This document shows, piece after piece, positions 56,172 to 63,907 of a stretch of 64,000 bases of DNA. Within the stretch, counting starts at the first letter, position 1. Each line of letters opens with the position of its first letter. The notes under the pieces were generated by a model that was given only the letters and a program-made list of their open reading frames with translations, did not search any database and was not told where the DNA came from. This DNA is from a virus (Duplodnaviria; Caudoviricetes), in IMG/VR virus record IMGVR_UViG_3300008107_006173. One strand, 5' to 3'. The position numbers were made by a program, and so were the translations under genes.

Positions 56172-56675
56172 CTAACCAATTTGGTTTTTAGCTTGATCCA
56201 GCAAAGCAGGATCGGCTCTGGTAAGAACTTCAAGAAGAAGTCTTTTTTCTTCCAAGTATGTCCTAGCAAAGCCAGGATCAAACTCAACAATAGTTCTTGT
56301 ATTGCTGATCAAATCCGCAACCTTAATGGTCTGAGCAGCAGCAGGAGCAGCAGCACTATGCTGACGATCCAGTGCTTTACGAGTGCTACGATTACCATCT
56401 TCAGGCTTGCTAATGTCTGTTAGCCACAGCACCAAATCCGCAACCTCACTACCAAACAGTTCTTCCAGAACATCAACAGTAACTTCTGTGTCCTCTAGAA
56501 CATCGTGCAGTAGTGCAGCCGCAACCATTGCTTCAGTACCGCCCACACTGGCAACTAGTTCTGACACCTCGATAGGATGAACAACATACGGCTCACCGGT
56601 GTACTTGCGAGTTTGGCCAACTGCGGCATGAGCAGCAGTAGCAAACACTCGAGCTCTTTCAACAATGTTCGTCAT
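56172..56675 (-). CDS. Stand-alone RelA/SpoT-type HD hydrolase
   Basis: RKYTGEPYVVHP, AALLHDVLEDT, IKVAD..N; promoter TTGACA-16-TAATAT 6 nt before the ATG. Confidence 0.85.
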   Translation of the reverse strand: MTNIVERARVFATAAHAAVGQTRKYTGEPYVVHPIEVSELVASVGGTEAMVAAALLHDVLEDTEVTVDVLEELFGSEVADLVLWLTDISKPEDGNRSTRKALDRQHSAAAPAAAQTIKVADLISNTRTIVEFDPGFARTYLEEKRLLLEVLTRADPALLDQAKNQIG

Positions 56676-56712
56676 ATTTTTATATTAACACCTTTTAGAT
56701 AGATGTCAACCA

Positions 56713-57252
56713 TTAGTTCCTAACAGCTCTATACATTGCCCTAGCGCCCTGAGGGCCAGGGTGAATACCGTCTCCTCTAGAGTTTAATTCAGGAGAATAT
56801 TTTTCAAGCGGGCCTAAAAAAACCGCGCCCTCTTCTCGGGCAATAACTGCTAATCGCTCGTTAACATTTTGAGCATTAAAGTTAACACGATATGTACCAT
56901 ATCTGTTAGTAAGCCAAGGAGACTTTTGAGAACCGGTACCTACCAAATACACCCTCGCCCCTGCGGCTTTGAGTTTACGAATCTGTTCATAGGTACTATT
57001 GCTAGCACCACTACTAAGAATAACTGTAGCACCTTTGGCCTTGCCTGTGGCAATAAAGGTATTGATATAACCAATGATGGCTTTGGTGTCGCGGCCACCT
57101 TTACGCCAACGATTATTACCACCCGCATCCAAACTATTTGAGTTTGCAATACCAACTGCAATGCTGTCTCCTATTACATATGTTTCTGCTTGTGCAGGCA
57201 CACTAGCAACAGCAAACAACGCTGCCAAACTAATTACTAGATTCTTTAACAC
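56713..57252 (-). CDS. Exported SGNH/GDSL-hydrolase-like protein
   Basis: Signal peptide; VIGDSIA; DGIHP. Confidence 0.7.
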   Translation of the reverse strand: MLKNLVISLAALFAVASVPAQAETYVIGDSIAVGIANSNSLDAGGNNRWRKGGRDTKAIIGYINTFIATGKAKGATVILSSGASNSTYEQIRKLKAAGARVYLVGTGSQKSPWLTNRYGTYRVNFNAQNVNERLAVIAREEGAVFLGPLEKYSPELNSRGDGIHPGPQGARAMYRAVRN

Positions 57253-57267
57253 TATTAATTTCCTTTC

Positions 57268-57549
57268 CTAGTCTCCGCTGTCAATCTCGTAGCGGTCACC
57301 GCACTCACTACAGCGGTATTCTGTTAAACACCGACCTATTGTGCGGCTGGTGTACTTATGTGTGCAAGGATCGCCATTCTTGTTCAAACGAACTTGGCCA
57401 ATGCCATTACCATACATTTTTTGACCGCCACAGTTGTAACACTCTTTATGGGTTCGGTCTTTATTCCAACTGTATCGCTTATCATTATCTGTAAGCGGAA
57501 GTTTTCCGGTACCGTTACAAACAGGGCAAGTACCGTATTCAATATTCAT
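57268..57549 (-). CDS. Zn-finger protein
   Basis: CPVCNGTG, CYNCGG, CSECG. Confidence 0.65.
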   Translation of the reverse strand: MNIEYGTCPVCNGTGKLPLTDNDKRYSWNKDRTHKECYNCGGQKMYGNGIGQVRLNKNGDPCTHKYTSRTIGRCLTEYRCSECGDRYEIDSGD

Positions 57550-57771
57550 TTAGTGTACCGTATTAGTAAAAGGCGAAATGAGAATGTTTCTATCAGCTAG
57601 TTTAGCAGACAGCTCGTTCAACAATAGTTCTTGACTGTATGCTTCCAATAGTTCAAATGCGTATTCAATATCTTCGTCGCTCATTTGCTCATACCAGTCT
57701 TGAATGGTTTCAGGTGTAGCATTGAGCAAAAAGTTCAAATTATCTTTATCATGTTTATCCATTATGACCAC
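57550..57771 (-). CDS. Hypothetical protein
   Basis: 73-aa acidic ORF. Confidence 0.55.
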   Translation of the reverse strand: MVIMDKHDKDNLNFLLNATPETIQDWYEQMSDEDIEYAFELLEAYSQELLLNELSAKLADRNILISPFTNTVH

Positions 57772-57971
57772 CTCAATAGGAACCAGGCTAAATCCTGTTC
57801 ATTGGTAAAACGAATATAAAACAATCCATCATCTCGGAACGTCATGTTGTTTTCAATGCACCAGTCTTTGGCTCCCCACAGGGTATCCTGTACATTTTTC
57901 CAATCATCATAGCCAGCCTTATATTTCAGTTCGAGCTTATAAGGCTTACTATGTTCGCGAACCCACTGCAT
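57762..57971 (-). CDS. Small hypothetical protein (C-terminal motif family)
   Basis: YIRFTNEQDLAWFLLRWS. Confidence 0.6.
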   Translation of the reverse strand: MQWVREHSKPYKLELKYKAGYDDWKNVQDTLWGAKDWCIENNMTFRDDGLFYIRFTNEQDLAWFLLRWS

Positions 57972-58465
57972 TAAGCGTCCTCGGATTCGCGATCTTCAAG
58001 TACCTGTTCGACCATATCCAGCACCGGAGTATCTCCAAGCGATGCACCGTGGTCGTTTACAAACCAAGTACCGTTGATGAACAAGTAGTTATACTCTTCA
58101 CCAAACTCGTTTACAAATTCTGCAACATTGGGGAAGATGTTAGGAACGCAATTAGGTTCACCACGATCGCGACCGTAAAAGGTAGTCCAACCTTCAGTCT
58201 CAGACTTTGCATACTTAGCCATCAACTCATCAAAGTCAGGTGCTTCCTGCTTGAGTTCAAACTTGCTGAACGGATGATGTTCACCGATCTTAGAGCCCAG
58301 TGAACTAATGCTACCGAGCCCGATGAGCTCGCGTACCTTTTCTTCTGTGGTATAGTTCTCCATTAGAACCTTACCGTTGTGCTCCGGGTAACCATCCCAA
58401 TGACAGTATACCGCAGTAACCGAACCGTCCGTGTTGAGGACACCAATAGTTGAACGAGTAGCCAT
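57971..58465 (-). CDS. Conserved phage hypothetical protein (YCHWDGYP family)
   Basis: MATRSTIG..VYCHWDGYPEHNG; SD. Confidence 0.7.
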   Translation of the reverse strand: MATRSTIGVLNTDGSVTAVYCHWDGYPEHNGKVLMENYTTEEKVRELIGLGSISSLGSKIGEHHPFSKFELKQEAPDFDELMAKYAKSETEGWTTFYGRDRGEPNCVPNIFPNVAEFVNEFGEEYNYLFINGTWFVNDHGASLGDTPVLDMVEQVLEDRESEDA

Positions 58466-58482
58466 ATTACTTTCCTTCTTTA

Positions 58483-58968
58483 TTAAGCGGCCTGAAGGGC
58501 CTGTTCCAAATCTGCGTTGCTAAGAACACGACCATCACGCATCGTGTAAGTAGCGATATAATTCTCGCGGTCACCGCCCATGAGCATATCGTACTGCTCA
58601 GTCTTAGCAGCAATCTCCGAGCGCATGTAACCGTATTCGTCGTTCTTTACAGTTCGACGAGCGACCCAGCGACCCTGTTCCCAGTACAGCTCAAACGGGG
58701 TTTCCCATTCTTCGCAGACCACAGCATCGTCATCGAGAATGCTCCAATCCAGAATGTACTCTTCAAAACTGCCATTGCGCTCTTCGATGAGCGCGGTGAG
58801 AGTGGGGACACCAACCTCCTTGATGCGGAGCGTCTGCTCTACGCTGAGATTGGGCACCACATAAGTACTGCCACCCTTGAACTTCCAGTACTGCGGACAC
58901 TCGCCTTTGCCGTCCCAATCGTGAGCACCGTAGTTTTCTCGGATTTGGGTCTGGATAACAATCTTCAT
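58483..58968 (-). CDS. Early hypothetical protein
   Basis: Start MKIVIQ after the conserved leader; ENYGAHDW..YWKFKGG. Confidence 0.7.
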   Translation of the reverse strand: MKIVIQTQIRENYGAHDWDGKGECPQYWKFKGGSTYVVPNLSVEQTLRIKEVGVPTLTALIEERNGSFEEYILDWSILDDDAVVCEEWETPFELYWEQGRWVARRTVKNDEYGYMRSEIAAKTEQYDMLMGGDRENYIATYTMRDGRVLSNADLEQALQAA

Positions 58969-58974
58969 CGCTAA

Positions 58975-59116
58975 CTCCTTATTTCTCATCCTACATTATT
59001 AGTATAGCACCGCTAGAACAGAAGTCAACCTTTTTCTGCCATTTTTTATCAAAAAAGAACCCCTTGCAAATCAATGACTTACAAGGGGCCTTATCTCTAA
59101 CAAAATCAACAACTTG
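58975..59116 (-). promoter_or_regulatory. Terminator/IHF/sigma70 cassette
   Basis: Stem 59060-59088 (G.U pair on minus); IHF consensus at 59069-59081 and 59104-59116; TTGACT-16-TATACT. Confidence 0.85.
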
Positions 59117-59128
59117 CGTCGTTGACTG

Positions 59129-59449
59129 TTACGCTGCTACAGCATCAACCGTAGGGGCAGTAACAGGAGCCTCGTAGCTCGCAAAGTAGCGAACCGGGCA
59201 CTTCTGCGGCCATACACGACCCTGTCGAATCTCAACCGTTACGCCACGCTCCTTCTGAGCATTAACATAAACAGCCATATCCGCATCTTCCTCGAGGTAA
59301 GTAGTCTTACCCTTAACGAAAGAGAACTGGGAGATCTTGTCTGCAACGCCGAGCTCGCTGAGTTCGCGAGTCTTAACTGCGAGCCAAGCATGACCCGGGT
59401 CAGAGTGGATGAACTTCACAACATTTGTCTTAGACTTAGCCATTTTCAA
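59129..59449 (-). CDS. Conserved hypothetical protein (DPGHAWL/YLEED family)
   Basis: Motifs visible; promoter TTGACA-16-TACAAT at about 59502-59529. Confidence 0.65.
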   Translation of the reverse strand: MKMAKSKTNVVKFIHSDPGHAWLAVKTRELSELGVADKISQFSFVKGKTTYLEEDADMAVYVNAQKERGVTVEIRQGRVWPQKCPVRYFASYEAPVTAPTVDAVAA

Positions 59450-59536
59450 TTACCTCTATTAAAGTTAAACAAACACACACATCAACATCATCACAATATC
59501 TATTGTACTATCAATAGATCCCTTGTCAACCGCTTT

Positions 59537-59884
59537 TTAATCTAAACGCGAACCAGCGTAAGCGGTGAAACCATACTTCTTAAATACTGCGGCAGCAGCA
59601 ATAGCACCTGCTTCGAGCGTGTCAATGTTCTGACAGGGGAACTTGGAGGGGTTCCACATCTGTAGCCCGCCGCTGTAGCTCTTGGTAATACCCAGAGCAG
59701 CAAGAGCCTTGCCCAACTTGGTGTTACCCTTAATTCCGTAAATCTCAACCCAAGCAAAGCCACATCCGTACTGGTCCTTGCCGCCCAACTTCTCCTGGAA
59801 GAACTTGCTAGCTGCTGCGGATGCTGCGGATTGGGCTTCAGCAACAATGCTGGGAACCATTTCGGGGGAAACTGCAATCGTCAT
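59537..59884 (-). CDS. Early hypothetical protein
   Basis: Start MTIAVS after the conserved leader; CGFAWV motif. Confidence 0.7.
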   Translation of the reverse strand: MTIAVSPEMVPSIVAEAQSAASAAASKFFQEKLGGKDQYGCGFAWVEIYGIKGNTKLGKALAALGITKSYSGGLQMWNPSKFPCQNIDTLEAGAIAAAAVFKKYGFTAYAGSRLD

Positions 59885-59890
59885 TTCAAA

Positions 59891-60000
59891 CTCCTTATTT
59901 CTCAACCTACATTATAAGTATACCATCTTTTCCCTAAAGGTCAACCACTTTTTGGCATTATTTTAAGAAAAAGATGTTGTTAAAAAACAACAACTTAGCT
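59891..60000 (-). promoter_or_regulatory. Early cassette: near-IHF site + TTGACC-16-TATACT + conserved leader
   Basis: AAACAACAACTTA at 59985-59997. Confidence 0.75.
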
Positions 60001-60447
60001 GCCCGTAGTGAGCAACAGAGTGCTACCAACCTGCTTAAAACGCTCAATAAACACATGGTGCTCGTCCCCGCTGTCGCGGATGCAAGCGTCGGCAGCAACA
60101 TATAGCGCCGCATATGTGAGCCCGTTAACGGACTTTACAATGGGCTTATCGCCCCAATGATCTTTATAGGTCACCGTAGTGATACCTTCAAACGGATGCC
60201 GCTCGCTGAGGTCGCTTACCTCGTAGATGCTCCAAATAGTCCGAAGACCAAGAGCGTCGCCGACGCTTGAAAAATGCTGGTGTTTACGCTCAAAATCATT
60301 GCTTTCTTGAGCGTAAGCATCCTTGAGCGCACCACGAATTTTTTCAACTGCGGTTTCAACGTCTGTATCATCCTTATACTGTAATTCCCACAGTACATTA
60401 TGGATGGTTTTGAAATCGTCAGCTTTTAGGGTCACATCGCAGTTCAT
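59995..60447 (-). CDS. Early hypothetical protein
   Basis: 150 aa, SD AGGAG. Confidence 0.65.
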   Translation of the reverse strand: MNCDVTLKADDFKTIHNVLWELQYKDDTDVETAVEKIRGALKDAYAQESNDFERKHQHFSSVGDALGLRTIWSIYEVSDLSERHPFEGITTVTYKDHWGDKPIVKSVNGLTYAALYVAADACIRDSGDEHHVFIERFKQVGSTLLLTTGS

Positions 60448-60453
60448 TGCTTT

Positions 60454-60568
60454 CTCCTAATTCCTTACTATGTGTACAGTATAGCTTCTTTTTCAGAACT
60501 GTCAACCAATAAAAAACCCTTGCAAATCAATGACTTACAAGGGTCGCTAGGTCGCTAAGTTGTTGATT
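60454..60568 (-). promoter_or_regulatory. Terminator/IHF/sigma70 cassette
   Basis: Stem 60516-60544; IHF 60525-60537 and inverted IHF 60556-60568; TTGACA-16-TATACT. Confidence 0.85.
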
Positions 60569-60685
60569 TTTAATACCATTCTTTAACGTCCCGTGCAGCT
60601 AGATATGCAAGTATTAAGCATAATGCTGTTAACCACGGGTATGTCGGAAAGAACAGCAAAGCGAGGATGAGCAGTAAACAACCCA

Positions 60686-61039
60686 TCAGTTGCGCCTTTC
60701 AGAAACCTTTTTAGCTTCCATAAAAAGTGTAGGGATGAGTTCGGTCACCTGATGGAGCAAAAGCTCTTTGTGACCGTCAATGAAGAACCAATCACGTTTG
60801 TCAATAGCGTTCTTTCTACCCCAACGATATATGTTACGAAGCGCCTGTTCGTTATCATTGGCGCCTGGAATGACGTACCCATCGTTGATCTTTTCTTCCA
60901 CCCACCAGTCTTCATGAAGGCATGGCTTATCATTGAATGCGCGGATAGGCTGTCCTAGAAGAGTAGGAAATCGATCATACATGAATTTACAAAGGTCGTT
61001 GACCGTTGCATCTTCAGTGGGATATCGAAAGACTTCAGC
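60686..61039 (-). CDS. Hypothetical protein
   Basis: ORF track 60686..61096; likely GTG start near 61039. Confidence 0.5.
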   Translation of the reverse strand, partial: AEVFRYPTEDATVNDLCKFMYDRFPTLLGQPIRAFNDKPCLHEDWWVEEKINDGYVIPGANDNEQALRNIYRWGRKNAIDKRDWFFIDGHKELLLHQVTELIPTLFMEAKKVSERRN

Positions 61040-61469
61040 CACGACGCATCTGACTAATTTCAATAGCCTGCTTTTGATCAATAACAGGAACAGCATTGCT
61101 CTTATGCATTGTAGCGATGCCCTTAATCAGTGTGCCAGTATACTTCTGCGGTTCTTTTTTAGCCGTGCTAGACGCATTACCAAAACCATTACCACTAGGA
61201 TACAGTTCTTTGTGTTGACGAATTCGGTTCATTATTTCATCGTCTCTAGCCGCTAGCGGAACAAACTTGGGCTTGTCAGTCTTCACGCGACCATGTAGTG
61301 CATCCACATATTCTTCAAATGTTGGCTTAGCCAAACCAAGCCGTTTGTTTTGCTTGCACTTCTCACGCCAGCCGTCCATCCAACGATTCATTTGAGATTG
61401 TGTAACCTTAGTCTTACGCTTACGATAATTGGTAGTAGTTAGATAAGGTCCTACAAGATGCATACTCAT
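61035..61469 (-). CDS. Conserved T4-like phage hypothetical protein
   Basis: YTGTLIKGIATMHKSNAVPV motif. Confidence 0.7.
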   Translation of the reverse strand: MSMHLVGPYLTTTNYRKRKTKVTQSQMNRWMDGWREKCKQNKRLGLAKPTFEEYVDALHGRVKTDKPKFVPLAARDDEIMNRIRQHKELYPSGNGFGNASSTAKKEPQKYTGTLIKGIATMHKSNAVPVIDQKQAIEISQMRRG

Positions 61470-61472
61470 ATA

Positions 61473-61730
61473 TTAATCCTTAAGCCCAAGTTTACGAAAT
61501 GCAGTATCAGTCTGTGAACGCTTCATTTCGCGATATGACTCATACGCTCCGCCTACAGTCCAACACATTAGCATAATACTTATTAGGAAAAGTGTATAAG
61601 AAACAATTTCTTTATTTAGAAATTTTTGATCGATGAGAAAGTCTAAAAGAAAATAAGCAGCAATAAGTGGCGTTGTGATTGCCACGCCAATACCGAGACG
61701 CTTCAATTCGTTACGATAGTCAATGGTCAT
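61473..61730 (-). CDS. Two-TM membrane protein
   Basis: Hydrophobic segments; SD GAGG. Confidence 0.6.
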   Translation of the reverse strand: MTIDYRNELKRLGIGVAITTPLIAAYFLLDFLIDQKFLNKEIVSYTLFLISIMLMCWTVGGAYESYREMKRSQTDTAFRKLGLKD

Positions 61731-61744
61731 TGTTCAAACCTCAT

Positions 61745-61999
61745 TTAATTATGTCCCTGTCCTCTTAAAATCACTTCTAAATCTTTTGTACCAAATGGAT
61801 TCTTCTCATCACCAAAGCGACTACTACCCTCTTGCACAACCATTTCCATATCCCAGCAACTTGGATAGTGTTTAAGCAGTCGGTGAGCTCGCTGTCTTAC
61901 TTCTCGAGGCACACGCGGTGTCTTTTTTGGATCAAGTAGATCGCACAAAAAGTCATATGTACTGTTAACAGCTCGTGTTCTTTCAGATGGGATTGTCAT
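61745..61999 (-). CDS. Conserved phage hypothetical protein
   Basis: TIPSERTRAV..PKKTPRVPREVR..LKHYP. Confidence 0.65.
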   Translation of the reverse strand: MTIPSERTRAVNSTYDFLCDLLDPKKTPRVPREVRQRAHRLLKHYPSCWDMEMVVQEGSSRFGDEKNPFGTKDLEVILRGQGHN

Positions 62000-62164
62000 A
62001 TTTTTACCAGTGCCTTATAACATTCACAATGAGAAAAATGTTTGCTATCACAGCTTGAGCAATTAAAAAAGTTCTAATCCAAGCAATCCTATCAGCTTCA
62101 TTATCGGAAGAACTAGCCTTTTCCCCTAGAGCCTTTGCCCATAGTCTCCATACAGCTTTCATGT

Positions 62165-62590
62165 TTAGCCCTTATATCTTTCTGCAAGGTATCTATCGTG
62201 CCGTCTCCAGATACCATTACCGTCGATGAACCCCCATTCGCGTACAGTTGGTCCTGGGATAAACATAGTCCAAGTATCAACTTCAGGCACTAGTTCAACT
62301 CGGTGCAGAGATTTTGATCCAGCCCAATTAATTGTGCCAGCACCCCTCCAGAACTTGCCTTTGGGAGTATGCTCCCAATATCCGCCTCGGAGGATAATAG
62401 TAATAAACGGCCACGGATGATCGTGTAAATCGTCCGGGTCGCTCCTATGAAAGTTATGCAAAAAGATATTGAAAGGAAACCACTTACGGTCTTTCAAAAA
62501 TAGATAGTAGCGTGTCAGGTAAGGTTCTTGGCTTTCTCGATCGAGAATTACACGCTTTCTGCCAAGTCGCTCTAGAAGTTTTAGAAACAT
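62165..62590 (-). CDS. Cupin-like protein
   Basis: HNFHRSDPDDLHDHPW..GGYWE..HRVEL. ATG 62590 lies 6 nt after the -10 of TTGACA-17-TATACT. Confidence 0.6.
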   Translation of the reverse strand: MFLKLLERLGRKRVILDRESQEPYLTRYYLFLKDRKWFPFNIFLHNFHRSDPDDLHDHPWPFITIILRGGYWEHTPKGKFWRGAGTINWAGSKSLHRVELVPEVDTWTMFIPGPTVREWGFIDGNGIWRRHDRYLAERYKG

Positions 62591-62628
62591 GTACACAGTA
62601 TACTGTCAACGACAGGGTTTGTCAAGCA

Positions 62629-62922
62629 CTAAGAATTATATAATAATCTCGCTAATGCAAAAACATCAATGACTGTTAACATGATATAATTTGCCAACAT
62701 TCCTGTGCTGCCCCTGGTATACGCACAATAAGCAAACACCGCACAATGGGCTATAAACATCGGATATAGAATTAGAAATGGGGGATTAGGTAAAGTGAAT
62801 GCCATAATAATACTGCATCCAATACTATTTACCCAGGCTGTAATCTCGAGGACTGTGCGGATTTTATTCTCTGCCCAATCCTCTCGAATGTATTCAACAA
62901 CTGACGTTATGAGTGCTTTCAT
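62629..62922 (-). CDS. Multi-TM membrane protein
   Basis: Three hydrophobic segments. Confidence 0.6.
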   Translation of the reverse strand: MKALITSVVEYIREDWAENKIRTVLEITAWVNSIGCSIIMAFTLPNPPFLILYPMFIAHCAVFAYCAYTRGSTGMLANYIMLTVIDVFALARLLYNS

Positions 62923-63137
62923 TCGCCAATTGGAAAGTGGTTCTTAAGTGCATCCAGTTTATCTTCATATTCTGCAATCTGTGCAAGCTCAAGCTCAATA
63001 GCTGTCATGATATCTGTGTGATCATGGATAGCAATTGGGTTGCTTAGGATAACTTCGATGTTCATTTTATGCTTTTGAATATGAGATTCAAAATGAGCAG
63101 CACTTGCTCGGATTAGGTTTTTTCTAAGTAGTTCCAT
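62919..63137 (-). CDS. Conserved phage hypothetical protein
   Basis: HKMNIEVILSNPIAIHDHTDI..IAEYEDKL. Confidence 0.6.
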   Translation of the reverse strand: MELLRKNLIRASAAHFESHIQKHKMNIEVILSNPIAIHDHTDIMTAIELELAQIAEYEDKLDALKNHFPIGE

Positions 63138-63906
63138 AATATTCTAACCTTTCGATGTCTTGTTCGTTAGTTTCGCTGCCATATTGTATTTCAATAATGA
63201 CTAAATCGTCTTTGCTTTCGTTGTAAAGTTGATGCCATTCGCCTTGCTTTACAATAAAAATATCGTGCTGATAAATGTCTGTAAGCGAATAGTTATTTAA
63301 AGGTTCAGCATCTTTAGAATGTTTAACTACACCCTTACCAGAACGCACAAACCAAACTTCACTACGCTTAAAATGTCGCTGGTAACTGATGCCTTGACCA
63401 GGCTTGACAACAAGTTCCTTGACTTTGCAGCCAGTAGTAGTATAGAGATCTGCAAACTTGCCCCAAACACGCTCTTCGGTGTAGTTAGCTAGAGCATCAC
63501 GCAAGATCCAACTGCTACTGTTTGCTTTATATTCTCCACCAATACCAAACTTGAATTCTATGCCTTCAACGGACATTTCAGGAATATTTTCTTTAGTACG
63601 GTCGCCGCCGTTGCAAAAAATAATCTTATCGTAGGGAAAATGTTTTTTTATTTTTTTCAATCCACTGATTGCAGTATTATCAGTATCATCAAAATCTAAA
63701 ACATGAGCAACATTTTTAAAGTTTTCTAGGATATTCTTTCTTTCAGCATAGGGCATAAAAGGCTTACCTTTTTTACGAGTAAGCCATTCATCGCTGTTTA
63801 ACAAAACAACAACTTGACCAAAGCGAGCAGCATCGTTGATCATAGCAATATGACCACTATGGACAGGATCAAATCCTCCACTTACTACCACAATATTCTG
63901 AGACAT
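63124..63906 (-). CDS. Bifunctional cytidylyltransferase + cupin (mannose-6-P isomerase type II C-domain-like)
   Basis: SGGFDPVHSGH, NGGDR, KANSSS; then ERVWG..VKPGQGISYQRHFKRSEVW. Confidence 0.85.
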   Translation of the reverse strand: MSQNIVVVSGGFDPVHSGHIAMINDAARFGQVVVLLNSDEWLTRKKGKPFMPYAERKNILENFKNVAHVLDFDDTDNTAISGLKKIKKHFPYDKIIFCNGGDRTKENIPEMSVEGIEFKFGIGGEYKANSSSWILRDALANYTEERVWGKFADLYTTTGCKVKELVVKPGQGISYQRHFKRSEVWFVRSGKGVVKHSKDAEPLNNYSLTDIYQHDIFIVKQGEWHQLYNESKDDLVIIEIQYGSETNEQDIERLEYYGTT

Positions 63907-63907
63907 A

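Noticed and set aside
51349-59905. Three ORFs apparently sharing an N-terminal MRNKE peptide
   Set aside because: Artefact of the repeated leader ATGAGAAATAAGGAG; true starts lie just after its SD.
51456-60563. CAACTTAG resemblance to lambda Int core-type sites
   Set aside because: No integrase or paired core sites with an overlap region; IHF consensus explains the motif better.
51355-60568. Repeated elements as a CRISPR array
   Set aside because: Spacing is irregular (kb scale), units contain promoters and separate whole genes, and there are no cas genes.
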